From the NCBI GenBank assembly GCA_028694155.1, contig JAQUTY010000004.1:13773-77772 (forward strand): DNA of 64,000 nt, given 5' to 3'. The position numbers were made by a program, and so were the translations under genes. Positions 1 through 8,662 of this stretch are shown here, one piece after another (the stretch's first letter is position 1; every line of letters starts with the position of its first letter). The notes under the pieces are model-generated. The model made no database searches. It saw nothing but the letters and a program-made list of their open reading frames with translations, and was not told the DNA's origin. Source of the stretch: Eubacteriales bacterium. Lineage in GTDB: Bacteria; Bacillota; Clostridia; Christensenellales; CAG-138.

Positions 1-2
1 AC

Positions 3-1019
3 ACACTTCAATCCTCAGGCGTTGTATCGGCTTCGGGAGAGGTGCATTTTGTTTCTCAGGTGGGACTTAAAAACTGGCACTTGGTCTATGGAATACCCAG
101 TGGGCCCAGAGTGGGAATGTCGCATCAGGGCGCAAAGAAGATGGCGGAATATGGTTACAGCTATGTGGATATTCTCAAGTACTACTATCCCAATGCCACG
201 CTTACAGACCCCGATGGCTCGGTTGTTCCGTCAACTGCGGACACGAGCATAGCAGGTGTTGTCAAGGCAATCTACGGCGAGATAGTGCTTGAGGGCAGCT
301 TCTATGGTTATGTGAATATCAGCTCGGCAAGCCTCATGAGCGCACCCGAATCCAATTCGGTCAATTTGTATCAATTATCGGCAAAAGCACCAATCATTGT
401 GCTTGACAAGGCTGGAGATTGGTACTATGTCAAGGATATTCAAAGCGGCTTGTTCGGCTACCTGTACATTTCCTATGTTGCGCCATTTACCAAATTCGTT
501 TATGTTAATGACGATGACACAAATTTCAGACAGGGCCCCGGCACGGAGTACGGTGTTATCACCGTGGTCAACACCTATGAGCAACTGGCGGTGTATGGCG
601 AGAGTGGAAACTGGTATCAAGCGGCTATACTGAATACAGGCACGGTGGGATACATCTACAAGAGCCTGTGCAATGCCATGTCCACAATCACTCCTCCCAC
701 TATTCCAACCCCGACCCCAACGGCAGTTCCTACCCCAACAGCGTCACCAACGCCCACGCCCACACCCACGCCGCGCCCAACCCCAACCATTGATTATGGG
801 ATTATTCCCCAAACATTGGGCGATGTGAACGGGGACGGAGTGGTCAACGCCGCCGATGCTTCGAGCATGTTGCGCTATGTGGTCAAGCTGGAGAGATACA
901 GCAATTTGCAGACAGAAGCAGGCGATCTCAATGCCGATGGATATGTAAATGCTGCCGATGCATCCAGAATACTTAGATATTTGGTGCATCTTGAGAGCCA
1001 GCTAGCCTCTAACGGCTGA
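3..1019 (+). CDS. SpoIID/LytB-like peptidoglycan-remodelling protein (C-terminal part) with SH3b-like repeats, Pro/Thr linker and type I dockerin; 5' end outside window
   Basis: Frame 3 is open from base 3 (the listed ORF just starts at an internal GTG at 42). RVGMSHQGAKKMAEYGYSYVDILKYYYPNATL matches the conserved C-terminal SpoIID/LytB motif. Two SH3b-like segments (GDWYYVKD, GNWYQAAI). PTPTPT linker. Duplicated Ca-binding dockerin loops GDVNGDGVVNAADASSMLRYVV and GDLNADGYVNAADASRILRYLV. Confidence 0.7.
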   Translation, partial: TLQSSGVVSASGEVHFVSQVGLKNWHLVYGIPSGPRVGMSHQGAKKMAEYGYSYVDILKYYYPNATLTDPDGSVVPSTADTSIAGVVKAIYGEIVLEGSFYGYVNISSASLMSAPESNSVNLYQLSAKAPIIVLDKAGDWYYVKDIQSGLFGYLYISYVAPFTKFVYVNDDDTNFRQGPGTEYGVITVVNTYEQLAVYGESGNWYQAAILNTGTVGYIYKSLCNAMSTITPPTIPTPTPTAVPTPTASPTPTPTPTPRPTPTIDYGIIPQTLGDVNGDGVVNAADASSMLRYVVKLERYSNLQTEAGDLNADGYVNAADASRILRYLVHLESQLASNG

Positions 1020-1064
1020 AAATTGTCATAAAATCCACAAATCGGTGAACAAACAAAAAAGGTA

Positions 1065-1093
1065 TGGTCAGAACAATAAACCTGTGCTATAAT
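1065..1093 (+). promoter_or_regulatory. Putative sigma-A promoter of the surface-protein/MotA-ExbB operon
   Basis: TGGTCA (1065-1070), 17-nt spacer, extended -10 TGcTATAAT (1085-1093), about 20 nt upstream of the GGAGG at 1111-1115. Confidence 0.45.
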
Positions 1094-1116
1094 TTACAAT
1101 ATTATTGAGTGGAGGT

Positions 1117-3594
1117 ATGGCGTTGCTTGGCAACCTTTCAAGACGAATATTGAGCTACTTTGTAGTGCTGTTGCTGACAACAGCCCTGCTGCTTCCGCTT
1201 GGGCTTGCCGCAGCCGAAGGAGAGGAGACAGGAACGCCATCGGAAGAACCTACAGCAGCTCCTACCGCCGCGCCTGCGCCTGACACCGAGCCTCAACAGA
1301 TTGACGGCACAAAAGGGATTAAGCTGATTTTGGGCTACGATGTGGCTCAAACGGACGGAGCAATTATCAAGGTTCGCACAGAATACGCCGAGATAAAAAT
1401 TAGCACGCTGCTGTCCCTTGCAAAGAACCAACAGTACACATATTCATATTTTTCAGCAGGCGTACCCGCCACAGAAAGCACTCAAGCTACCGACCCCTAT
1501 GTGGTAATGAAAACGGGCAAGGGCGTGACGATGCAGCAGCTATTGGACAGCAGCAATTTGAGTGGAGTAGTGTCCTCAAGCGCAAAGGTCTCCTTCAATG
1601 AGGGAAGCGCAATCGACCTTTCGTGGTTTTCGGGCGTAAAAAATACTTATTCAGAGCTATATAAATACATATTTGACAACGGATCGGGAAGCATCAGCTA
1701 CGATTCCGATGGCACATATAACGGGCGCAGCGACGTTCCCACTATACTTGCAATCTGGAGTGGGTACAATGCCTATTCTTTGGGGGCAGACGGGTCGGTA
1801 ATAAGCTCTAGCAACGCAAGTCAGGAGAAATATCTATCCGTGTTGCGTGGACAGGACGATCCCACGCATGGCGGTAGTATTCACGACTATTACGATATTA
1901 AATCCATCACCTTCATTCTGCCAAATCCGCCGACAGTTGGGACTCTGCTGCAACAAACTTGGGATATATCCGTTGGCAGCACTCGCACAATTCCGTCAAA
2001 CATCACGGAACATGACGTATACAATAAGCTCACAGAGGAATATCTAAAGAGCGTTATTGTGTGGACTAATGCGGATTCATCAGTTGCCTGGGTCAATGCG
2101 GACAGGCTTGTATCCGCCGATAAAGAAGGAACGACCACCATTATGGGTGCGATTGACGGTCAGATTAAGTACAGCATAACCGTGAACGTACATCCAAAAT
2201 ATGAGATTAGCTTTGCCACAGGCACAACGGACACCGTTTCATCAATGCCGCAGATGCTGCAAAAGGAGTACGGCGTAGACCTCACGCTGCCAACAACGAC
2301 ACCAACAAGAACCGATTATGCTTTTATCGGCTGGAATACTAAAGAGGACGGAACCGGCACAACCTATCAAGCAGGTGCGACATATAGCGACAATGCTTCC
2401 GTGACCCTGTACGCACAATGGAAGGTGCCGTCCTTCACAGTTTCCTTTGATGCTAACGAGCCGACAGGTCAGGAGGGAAAGGCGTCCGCAACCGCACCCA
2501 TCGAGGTAATTAAGGGTGTCAAGGCGTCCATTCCCGCCGCACCAACGCTTGCAGGCTACACCTTTGTATTTTGGAACACTAAGGCAGACGGTTCGGGAGC
2601 ATCCTATGTTGCAGGGTCGACGACGGAGATTTCGGACGGAGTGACGGTTCTGTACGCCTGCTGGAAAAGGACACAGTACACAATCACCTTTGACCCCAAC
2701 AATTCAAATGGCAAGATGATAATTGATGGGACGGAGCTGACCATATATAAAAAGGTAGTGGATTCGGGATTCCTTCTCGACACAACGCAATTTGTGTGCA
2801 AAAACGTTTCCACCAAAGCATATCCCAAGCACTGGCTGCTTGTTGGAACAACCAAGACCTATTTGAGTGCAAATCAGAGCCAAAGCTATCCGTCAGGCTC
2901 CGACAGGTACATCACTGTCACCAGCGACATAACGCTTCAGGCGGTGTGGACTACCACCCCAACGGCATCTCCAACCTCAACAATATCTGTAAGCTATAAT
3001 GCCAATGCCGGTTCGGATAAGGTATCAAACTTGCCCGGCACGCAGAAGGCGAACAAGGGCAGCACCATCACAATCAGCACACAGACTCCCACTCGTGCAG
3101 GGTATACGTTTGGCGGCTGGAATACAAAGGCTAACGGAACAGGGACAAATTACAGCGGAGGATCAAAGACATCGTCTTCTTTGACGCTTTATGCCAAGTG
3201 GACGCAGGCAACGCCCACCCCCGCGGCATCACCCACGCCCACGCCAACACCGGAACCAACTCCATCGCCAACGCCAGAGCCCACGCTCATTCCCGATGCG
3301 ATTATGGACGATGATGTCGTTGTCGAGCCTGTGGAGTCCGTCATGGAGCCTGTCATATTTATCGATAACGTAGGTGCGACCGATACGCCTAATCCCGATG
3401 AGGACGGCGATGGGGAACAGAGCGAACCTACGCCCACGCCTAATCCGTGGAATGAGCAAAATCCCGATGACCCGACAGATGCCGATGTGCCGTCCGGTTC
3501 GGATGCGACCTATGCAATCGTGGGCATAGCAAATGGCGTGCTGCTTGTTGCAGGCGGCTGCCTTGCGGTAATAAAGTTTAACCTACAACTATAA
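1117..3594 (+). CDS. Secreted, C-terminally membrane-anchored surface protein with Listeria-Bacteroides (InlB B-type) repeats
   Basis: Start ambiguous: ATG 1117 lies 1 nt after GGAGG 1111-1115; in-frame TTG 1105 and TTG 1123 are alternatives. Signal/TM segment ILSYFVVLLLTTALLLPLGLAAAEG. Three canonical repeats (YAFIGWNTKEDGTGTTY...LYAQW, YTFVFWNTKADGSGASY...LYACW, YTFGGWNTKANGTGTNY...LYAKW) plus one degenerate copy. PTPTPEPTPSPTPEP stalk and an acidic segment. One C-terminal TM helix YAIVGIANGVLLVAGGCLAVI followed only by KFNLQL. No LPXTG. Confidence 0.75.
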   Translation: MALLGNLSRRILSYFVVLLLTTALLLPLGLAAAEGEETGTPSEEPTAAPTAAPAPDTEPQQIDGTKGIKLILGYDVAQTDGAIIKVRTEYAEIKISTLLSLAKNQQYTYSYFSAGVPATESTQATDPYVVMKTGKGVTMQQLLDSSNLSGVVSSSAKVSFNEGSAIDLSWFSGVKNTYSELYKYIFDNGSGSISYDSDGTYNGRSDVPTILAIWSGYNAYSLGADGSVISSSNASQEKYLSVLRGQDDPTHGGSIHDYYDIKSITFILPNPPTVGTLLQQTWDISVGSTRTIPSNITEHDVYNKLTEEYLKSVIVWTNADSSVAWVNADRLVSADKEGTTTIMGAIDGQIKYSITVNVHPKYEISFATGTTDTVSSMPQMLQKEYGVDLTLPTTTPTRTDYAFIGWNTKEDGTGTTYQAGATYSDNASVTLYAQWKVPSFTVSFDANEPTGQEGKASATAPIEVIKGVKASIPAAPTLAGYTFVFWNTKADGSGASYVAGSTTEISDGVTVLYACWKRTQYTITFDPNNSNGKMIIDGTELTIYKKVVDSGFLLDTTQFVCKNVSTKAYPKHWLLVGTTKTYLSANQSQSYPSGSDRYITVTSDITLQAVWTTTPTASPTSTISVSYNANAGSDKVSNLPGTQKANKGSTITISTQTPTRAGYTFGGWNTKANGTGTNYSGGSKTSSSLTLYAKWTQATPTPAASPTPTPTPEPTPSPTPEPTLIPDAIMDDDVVVEPVESVMEPVIFIDNVGATDTPNPDEDGDGEQSEPTPTPNPWNEQNPDDPTDADVPSGSDATYAIVGIANGVLLVAGGCLAVIKFNLQL

Positions 3595-3605
3595 GGAGAG
3601 AGAAT

Positions 3606-4277
3606 ATGTTTTTTGTGGAAATTGCGGGAACGGGAATAGCCAATACAGAGACGGCGGCATCGGGGAGCTTTTTGACTGATGCGATGCACGCAATATCGTC
3701 CGCGATGAAGTACCCCGTCATCATCATTTTGATGCTGCTGTTCGCTGCTGCGCTGGTATGCGTTGGTTGGTTGATAGCAGAGTATTTCACCGAGCGCAAG
3801 CATTTGAATGCGAAGCTGCCCCAGCTCATTGATGACATTCGCGGCAGCGATGACGCCATAGAGGAGTGCATTGAGAGAAGCGGTCTTTTGAGACGGCAGA
3901 AGGCGGCATTGTTTGAGCTGACCATGCACCCCGACCTCACGCCCGATATGCGTGAAGCGTTGGCGGTAAGGCTGATTACCGAGGAGCAGACTCGCTACGA
4001 CAAGATTGTAAAAATTACTGATATAATTGTCAAGCTAGGGCCTGTGTTCGGACTGTTGGGAACACTGATACCCCTTGGCCCGGGCATCATCGCATTGGGA
4101 CAGGGCAACACCGCCTTGCTTTCTCAATCGCTGAACGTAGCGTTCGACACAACCATCATCGGACTTATCTGTGCGGCAATAGCACTTGTTGTCTCATCAA
4201 TTCGCAAGGCATGGTATCGCAACTATATGTCCATGCTGGAAACGGTCATGGAAGCAGTACTGGAGATGCAAAAATGA
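3606..4277 (+). CDS. MotA/TolQ/ExbB-family proton-channel protein
   Basis: SD GGAG (3595-3598) overlaps the previous stop; ATG 3606 is 11 nt after that stop. Three predicted TM helices. Family signature region LGPVFGLLGTLIPLGPGIIALGQGN...AFDTTIIGLICAAIALVV. Confidence 0.75.
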   Translation: MFFVEIAGTGIANTETAASGSFLTDAMHAISSAMKYPVIIILMLLFAAALVCVGWLIAEYFTERKHLNAKLPQLIDDIRGSDDAIEECIERSGLLRRQKAALFELTMHPDLTPDMREALAVRLITEEQTRYDKIVKITDIIVKLGPVFGLLGTLIPLGPGIIALGQGNTALLSQSLNVAFDTTIIGLICAAIALVVSSIRKAWYRNYMSMLETVMEAVLEMQK

Positions 4278-4588
4278 AGCTGAATCTCGGAACGAAAAAG
4301 ATTTTCGACCGTCAAAAGGACGATGAGGAGCCAAACCCCATGGAGGGAGTTGCCAACATGGCGGACGTCATGCTGGTGCTTGCCGTGGGCATCATGCTTG
4401 CGCTCATCATAAATTGGCGAGTTGATCTTACCAAGAACCCTGCTCAAGATCAGCAGTCGATTGGGGACACCAGCAACGGCTATATCACTCAGCAGGAGGA
4501 AGGCGAGCCAATAGGCATAGTCTACGAGCGTGAGGACGGCAGTCTGTACTATGTTGTGGACGAGCCATCAGAAACTCCAACTCCGTAA
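4274..4588 (+). CDS. DUF2149-like / ExbD-TolR-like single-pass membrane protein
   Basis: ATG 4274 overlaps the stop of the MotA/ExbB-like gene (ATGA 4274-4277); the listed ORF start 4211 lies inside that gene. 104 aa. EEPNPMEGVANMADVMLVLAVGIMLALIINW has one TM helix with an Asp at its cytoplasmic edge, a pattern I recognise from DUF2149 partners of MotA/ExbB homologues. Confidence 0.55.
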   Translation: MKLNLGTKKIFDRQKDDEEPNPMEGVANMADVMLVLAVGIMLALIINWRVDLTKNPAQDQQSIGDTSNGYITQQEEGEPIGIVYEREDGSLYYVVDEPSETPTP

Positions 4589-4608
4589 ATAGTATAATCC
4601 ATTGATAT

Positions 4609-4640
4609 GGCTTCCTTCCTTGCAGGGAAGCCTTTTTTTG
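4609..4640 (+). terminator. Rho-independent terminator
   Basis: GGCTTCC (4609-4615) pairs with GGAAGCC (4626-4632), followed by TTTTTTT (4633-4639), 21 nt after the stop at 4588. Confidence 0.65.
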
Positions 4641-4668
4641 TCTGAAAAAATTTTTTTGAGAAAATTGC

Positions 4669-4697
4669 TTGACTAATTGACAACAAGGTGATATTAT
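4669..4697 (+). promoter_or_regulatory. Putative sigma-A promoter for rpoBC
   Basis: TTGACT (4669-4674), 17-nt spacer, TGaTATTAT (4689-4697). About 150 nt upstream of the rpoB start. Confidence 0.5.
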
Positions 4698-4855
4698 TTC
4701 AAATTGCATTATGATGGCTTATCTGTGGTAATATGCCCAAAATTCCATTCACAAGGTACCTTTTGAGTGGGTAGGGCGACTATTATGCAAATAGGGTTTG
4801 AGTATGCAGTTTCAAAAATCGGATGCAAAAGCATCGGCAAGGAGAGCGTGACTGT

Positions 4856-7800
4856 ATGATGCATGATGTGAAGATGGGCAGAAAATCGAGGAAGAGCTTT
4901 TCTCGTATTTCTGAGGTTCTGAACATGCCGGATCTCATCGAGGTTCAAAAAAATTCCTACTACAGATTTTTAAGAGAGGATCTAAAGGACGTTTTCGACG
5001 ACATTTCTCCGATAATCGACTATTCGGGAAAACTGGTTCTTGAGTTTGTTGACTATCGCATTGATTTGGACAAGCCGAAATACTCCATTGAAGAGAGCAA
5101 GGAACGCGACGTAAACTATACGGCTCCGCTTCGTGTTACCGTACGCCTTATAAATAAGGAAACGGGCGAGGTCAAGCAGCAAGAGGTGTTCATGGGCGAT
5201 TTTCCGCTGATGACGCCGCAGGGAACCTTCATCATCAACGGCGCAGAGCGTGTCATTGTTTCGCAGCTCGTACGCTCCCCGGGTGCATATTTCTCCGTAG
5301 CGACCGACAAGATGGGCAAAGCCCTCTATTCAAGCCAAATTATTCCCAACCGTGGCGCATGGTTGGAATATGAAACAGACTCCAACGGCATACTGTACGT
5401 CAAGATTGATCGTCAGCGCAAGGTGTTTATCACCTCGTTGCTCCGTGCAATCGGGTACGGCACAAATTCCGAGATATCCGAGCTATTGGGCGATGATGAA
5501 CGGCTGGGTGCAACCTTGCAGAAGGATCCTAATCGTTCCGTTGTCGATGGTCTGATTGAAATATACAAGCGTCAACGTCCCGGCGAGCCGCCCACGGAGG
5601 AGAGCGCACGCTCCTTGCTGCATTCTCTGTTCTTCGACAACCGCTACGATTTGGCGCGTGTTGGACGCTATAAATATAATAAGAAGCTGTCCTTAAAGTC
5701 CCGTATTGCGGGCTGCATCTCCGATGAAAACGTAATCGACCCCACAACGGGCGAGATAATCATTGAAGAGGGTCAGCAAATTACCCGTACAATGGCAAAG
5801 GCAGCGCAGAATTGCGGTGTAAATGCCGTTACAGTGCGCACCGAGGACGGCCCAATCAAGGTTGTGGGCAACAACTGCTGCTCCGCCGAGGGTTTCTTGC
5901 CCTTTGCGCCCATTGACGCAGGTCTGAACGAGGACGTTCATCTTCCCACCTTAAAAGCCCTGCTCCCCGAAATGGAGAACATGACCGATGATGAGAAGAA
6001 GGAGTTTTTACATACTCATTATTACGATTTGATTCCACGTCACATCATTCCTGATGACATAGTGGCTTCCGTATCGTATCTAATCGGACTGGCTCACGGT
6101 TTGGGCAAGACCGATGACATAGACCATTTGGGCAATCGCCGCATTCGTTCGGTGGGCGAGCTGCTGCAAAACCAGATTCGTGTTGGACTCACCCGTTTGG
6201 AGCGTGTTGTGCGTGAGCGCATGGGCTTGCAGGATATGGACGTGGTCATGCCCTCCAACCTTATCAACATTCGACCCGTGACCGCTGCAATCAAGGAATT
6301 TTTCGGTTCCTCCCAGCTTTCACAGTTTATGGATCAGACCAATCCGCTGTCAGAGCTGACGCATAAGCGTCGTCTGTCCGCATTGGGACCGGGCGGTTTG
6401 AACCGTGACCGTGCAACCTTTGAAGTTCGTGACGTTCACTATTCGCACTATGGCAGAATGTGCCCCATTGAGACGCCTGAAGGCCCGAACATCGGTCTTA
6501 TTAACTCCCTGTCCACCTATGCTCGCATCAACGAGTATGGCTTCATTGAGGCACCCTACCGTGTCATTGACAAGGACCACAAGAAGGTTACAGACACTAT
6601 TGTGTATCTGACTGCGGACGAAGAAGACGGTGCGATTGTCGCACAGGCGAACGAGCCTATTGACCAAAAGACTAATTGGTTTGTAAAGGACCGTGTTATT
6701 GCCCGTCAGCTTGACCAGATTATCGAGGTTAAAAACACCGAGGTTGACTATTTGGACGTATCGCCCAAGCAGTTGGTTTCCGTTGCTACCGCAATGATTC
6801 CCTTCCTTGAGAACGATGACGCTAACCGTGCTCTAATGGGCTCGAACATGCAGCGTCAGGCGGTTCCGCTTCTAAAGCCCGAAGCACCGATTGTCGCAAC
6901 GGGAATGGAGCACAAGGCTGCTGCCGATTCGGGCATTGTCGTGCTGTCCAAGGAGGACGGCGTGGTGAGCTACGTTTCTGCCGACAAGATAATTATTGAG
7001 ACAAAGGCGGGAGTACCGCATGAGTATCATATGACAAAGTTCCAGCGTTCCAACCAAGGCACTTGCCTCAATCAGCGACCCGTGGTTGCAAAGGGCGAGG
7101 TTGTCAAGGTCGGAGACGTCATTGCAGACGGCGCATCGACTGACGAGGGCGAGATTGCTCTTGGAAGGAACATACTAATCGGCTTTATGACGTGGGAAGG
7201 CTATAACTACGAGGACGCAGTTCTGATTTCCGAGAAGCTGGTCAAGGAGGACGTTTACACCTCCATTCATATCGAGGAGCATGAGCTGGAAGCCCGTGAT
7301 ACAAAGCTGGGGCCCGAAGAAATTACAAGGGATATTCCCAACATTGGCGAGGACGCTCTTGCGCAGCTTGATGAATTTGGTATTATCCGTCCGGGCGCAG
7401 AGGTGCGTTCAGGCGACATTTTGGTCGGCAAAGTCACCCCCAAGGGCGAGACAGAGCTGACAGCCGAGGAGAGATTGCTCCGAGCCATCTTTGGCGAGAA
7501 GGCAAGAGACGTTCGTGATACTTCGCTGCGTGTACCGCATGGCGAGGGCGGCGTTGTTGTCGATGTGAAGGTATTCACTCGAGAGAAGAAGGACGAGCTA
7601 AGCCCCGGTGTAAACCAGATGGTTCGTGTCTATATCGCCCAAAAGAGAAAGATTTCCGTTGGCGATAAGATGGCGGGACGTCATGGTAACAAGGGTGTTA
7701 TTTCAAGAATACTGCCTGAGGAGGATATGCCCTTCCTGCCCGACGGTACGCCGTTGCAGATCGTGCTGAACCCCTTGGGTGTTCCGTCCCGTATGAATAT

Positions 7801-8644
7801 TGGACAGGTTTTGGAGCTGCACTTGGGCATGGCGTGCAAGGCACTGGGCATCAAGATAGCCACCCCGGTATTCGATGGCGCAACCGAGCAGGATATTAAG
7901 GACTTGTTGGTCGCGGCAGGATGTGACGAGGACGGCAAGACGGTGTTGTATGACGGCAGAACGGGCGAAGCGTTCGAAAACCGCATCTCCGTTGGCTATA
8001 TGTACTACTTGAAGCTGCACCATTTGGTTGACGACAAGATTCACGCTCGCTCCACAGGCCCGTACTCTCTTGTCACTCAGCAGCCTTTGGGCGGCAAGGC
8101 GCAGTTCGGCGGACAGCGTTTTGGTGAGATGGAAGTCTGGGCTCTTGAGGCTTATGGCGCAGCAAACACGCTGCAGGAGATACTCACGGTCAAGTCGGAC
8201 GATGTCGTTGGCAGAGTCAAGACCTATGAGAGCATAGTCAAGGGTGAGAACATTCCGCCCGCAGGTGTGCCCGAATCGTTCAAGGTGCTCATCAAGGAGC
8301 TGCAATCGCTGGCGTTGGACGTCAAGGTACTGTCCGATACTCGTGAGGAGATTCAGATTGCCGAGGATTATGACGAAGATGTACGTTCAATGGACATCAA
8401 CATTAACGGCATCGAGGACGGTCCTGAGCTGTTTGCGGACGATGATCATGATGATGAGGACGAGGAATTCGGCGACCTGTCGTTTGATGAAGATGAGGAC
8501 GAAGAGTCCGAAGATTTTGACGACGACTTGGGGTTGGATGACGTTGAGGAAGATGATCTCGATGAGGACGAGGACGAGGACGAGGACGAAATGCCTGATG
8601 AACTCGATCTGCCTCCGCTGACGGACGATTTGGACTTGGAATAA
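4856..8644 (+). CDS. rpoB: DNA-directed RNA polymerase subunit beta
   Basis: GGAGAG (4841-4846) lies 9 nt before ATG 4856; the listed start 4823 is an upstream alternative codon. Full-length beta homology, e.g. [68 protein letters not shown]. Unusually long acidic C-terminal tail. Confidence 0.97.
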   Translation: MMHDVKMGRKSRKSFSRISEVLNMPDLIEVQKNSYYRFLREDLKDVFDDISPIIDYSGKLVLEFVDYRIDLDKPKYSIEESKERDVNYTAPLRVTVRLINKETGEVKQQEVFMGDFPLMTPQGTFIINGAERVIVSQLVRSPGAYFSVATDKMGKALYSSQIIPNRGAWLEYETDSNGILYVKIDRQRKVFITSLLRAIGYGTNSEISELLGDDERLGATLQKDPNRSVVDGLIEIYKRQRPGEPPTEESARSLLHSLFFDNRYDLARVGRYKYNKKLSLKSRIAGCISDENVIDPTTGEIIIEEGQQITRTMAKAAQNCGVNAVTVRTEDGPIKVVGNNCCSAEGFLPFAPIDAGLNEDVHLPTLKALLPEMENMTDDEKKEFLHTHYYDLIPRHIIPDDIVASVSYLIGLAHGLGKTDDIDHLGNRRIRSVGELLQNQIRVGLTRLERVVRERMGLQDMDVVMPSNLINIRPVTAAIKEFFGSSQLSQFMDQTNPLSELTHKRRLSALGPGGLNRDRATFEVRDVHYSHYGRMCPIETPEGPNIGLINSLSTYARINEYGFIEAPYRVIDKDHKKVTDTIVYLTADEEDGAIVAQANEPIDQKTNWFVKDRVIARQLDQIIEVKNTEVDYLDVSPKQLVSVATAMIPFLENDDANRALMGSNMQRQAVPLLKPEAPIVATGMEHKAAADSGIVVLSKEDGVVSYVSADKIIIETKAGVPHEYHMTKFQRSNQGTCLNQRPVVAKGEVVKVGDVIADGASTDEGEIALGRNILIGFMTWEGYNYEDAVLISEKLVKEDVYTSIHIEEHELEARDTKLGPEEITRDIPNIGEDALAQLDEFGIIRPGAEVRSGDILVGKVTPKGETELTAEERLLRAIFGEKARDVRDTSLRVPHGEGGVVVDVKVFTREKKDELSPGVNQMVRVYIAQKRKISVGDKMAGRHGNKGVISRILPEEDMPFLPDGTPLQIVLNPLGVPSRMNIGQVLELHLGMACKALGIKIATPVFDGATEQDIKDLLVAAGCDEDGKTVLYDGRTGEAFENRISVGYMYYLKLHHLVDDKIHARSTGPYSLVTQQPLGGKAQFGGQRFGEMEVWALEAYGAANTLQEILTVKSDDVVGRVKTYESIVKGENIPPAGVPESFKVLIKELQSLALDVKVLSDTREEIQIAEDYDEDVRSMDININGIEDGPELFADDDHDDEDEEFGDLSFDEDEDEESEDFDDDLGLDDVEEDDLDEDEDEDEDEMPDELDLPPLTDDLDLE

Positions 8645-8662
8645 GCGCAAAGGAGAAGCAAT

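Noticed and set aside
3203-3290. Repetitive CCnACn tracts considered as a CRISPR array, tandem repeat locus or mobile-element end
   Set aside because: They are in-frame Pro/Thr linkers inside secreted-protein genes. They lack spacer-repeat periodicity, and no cas or transposase genes are present.
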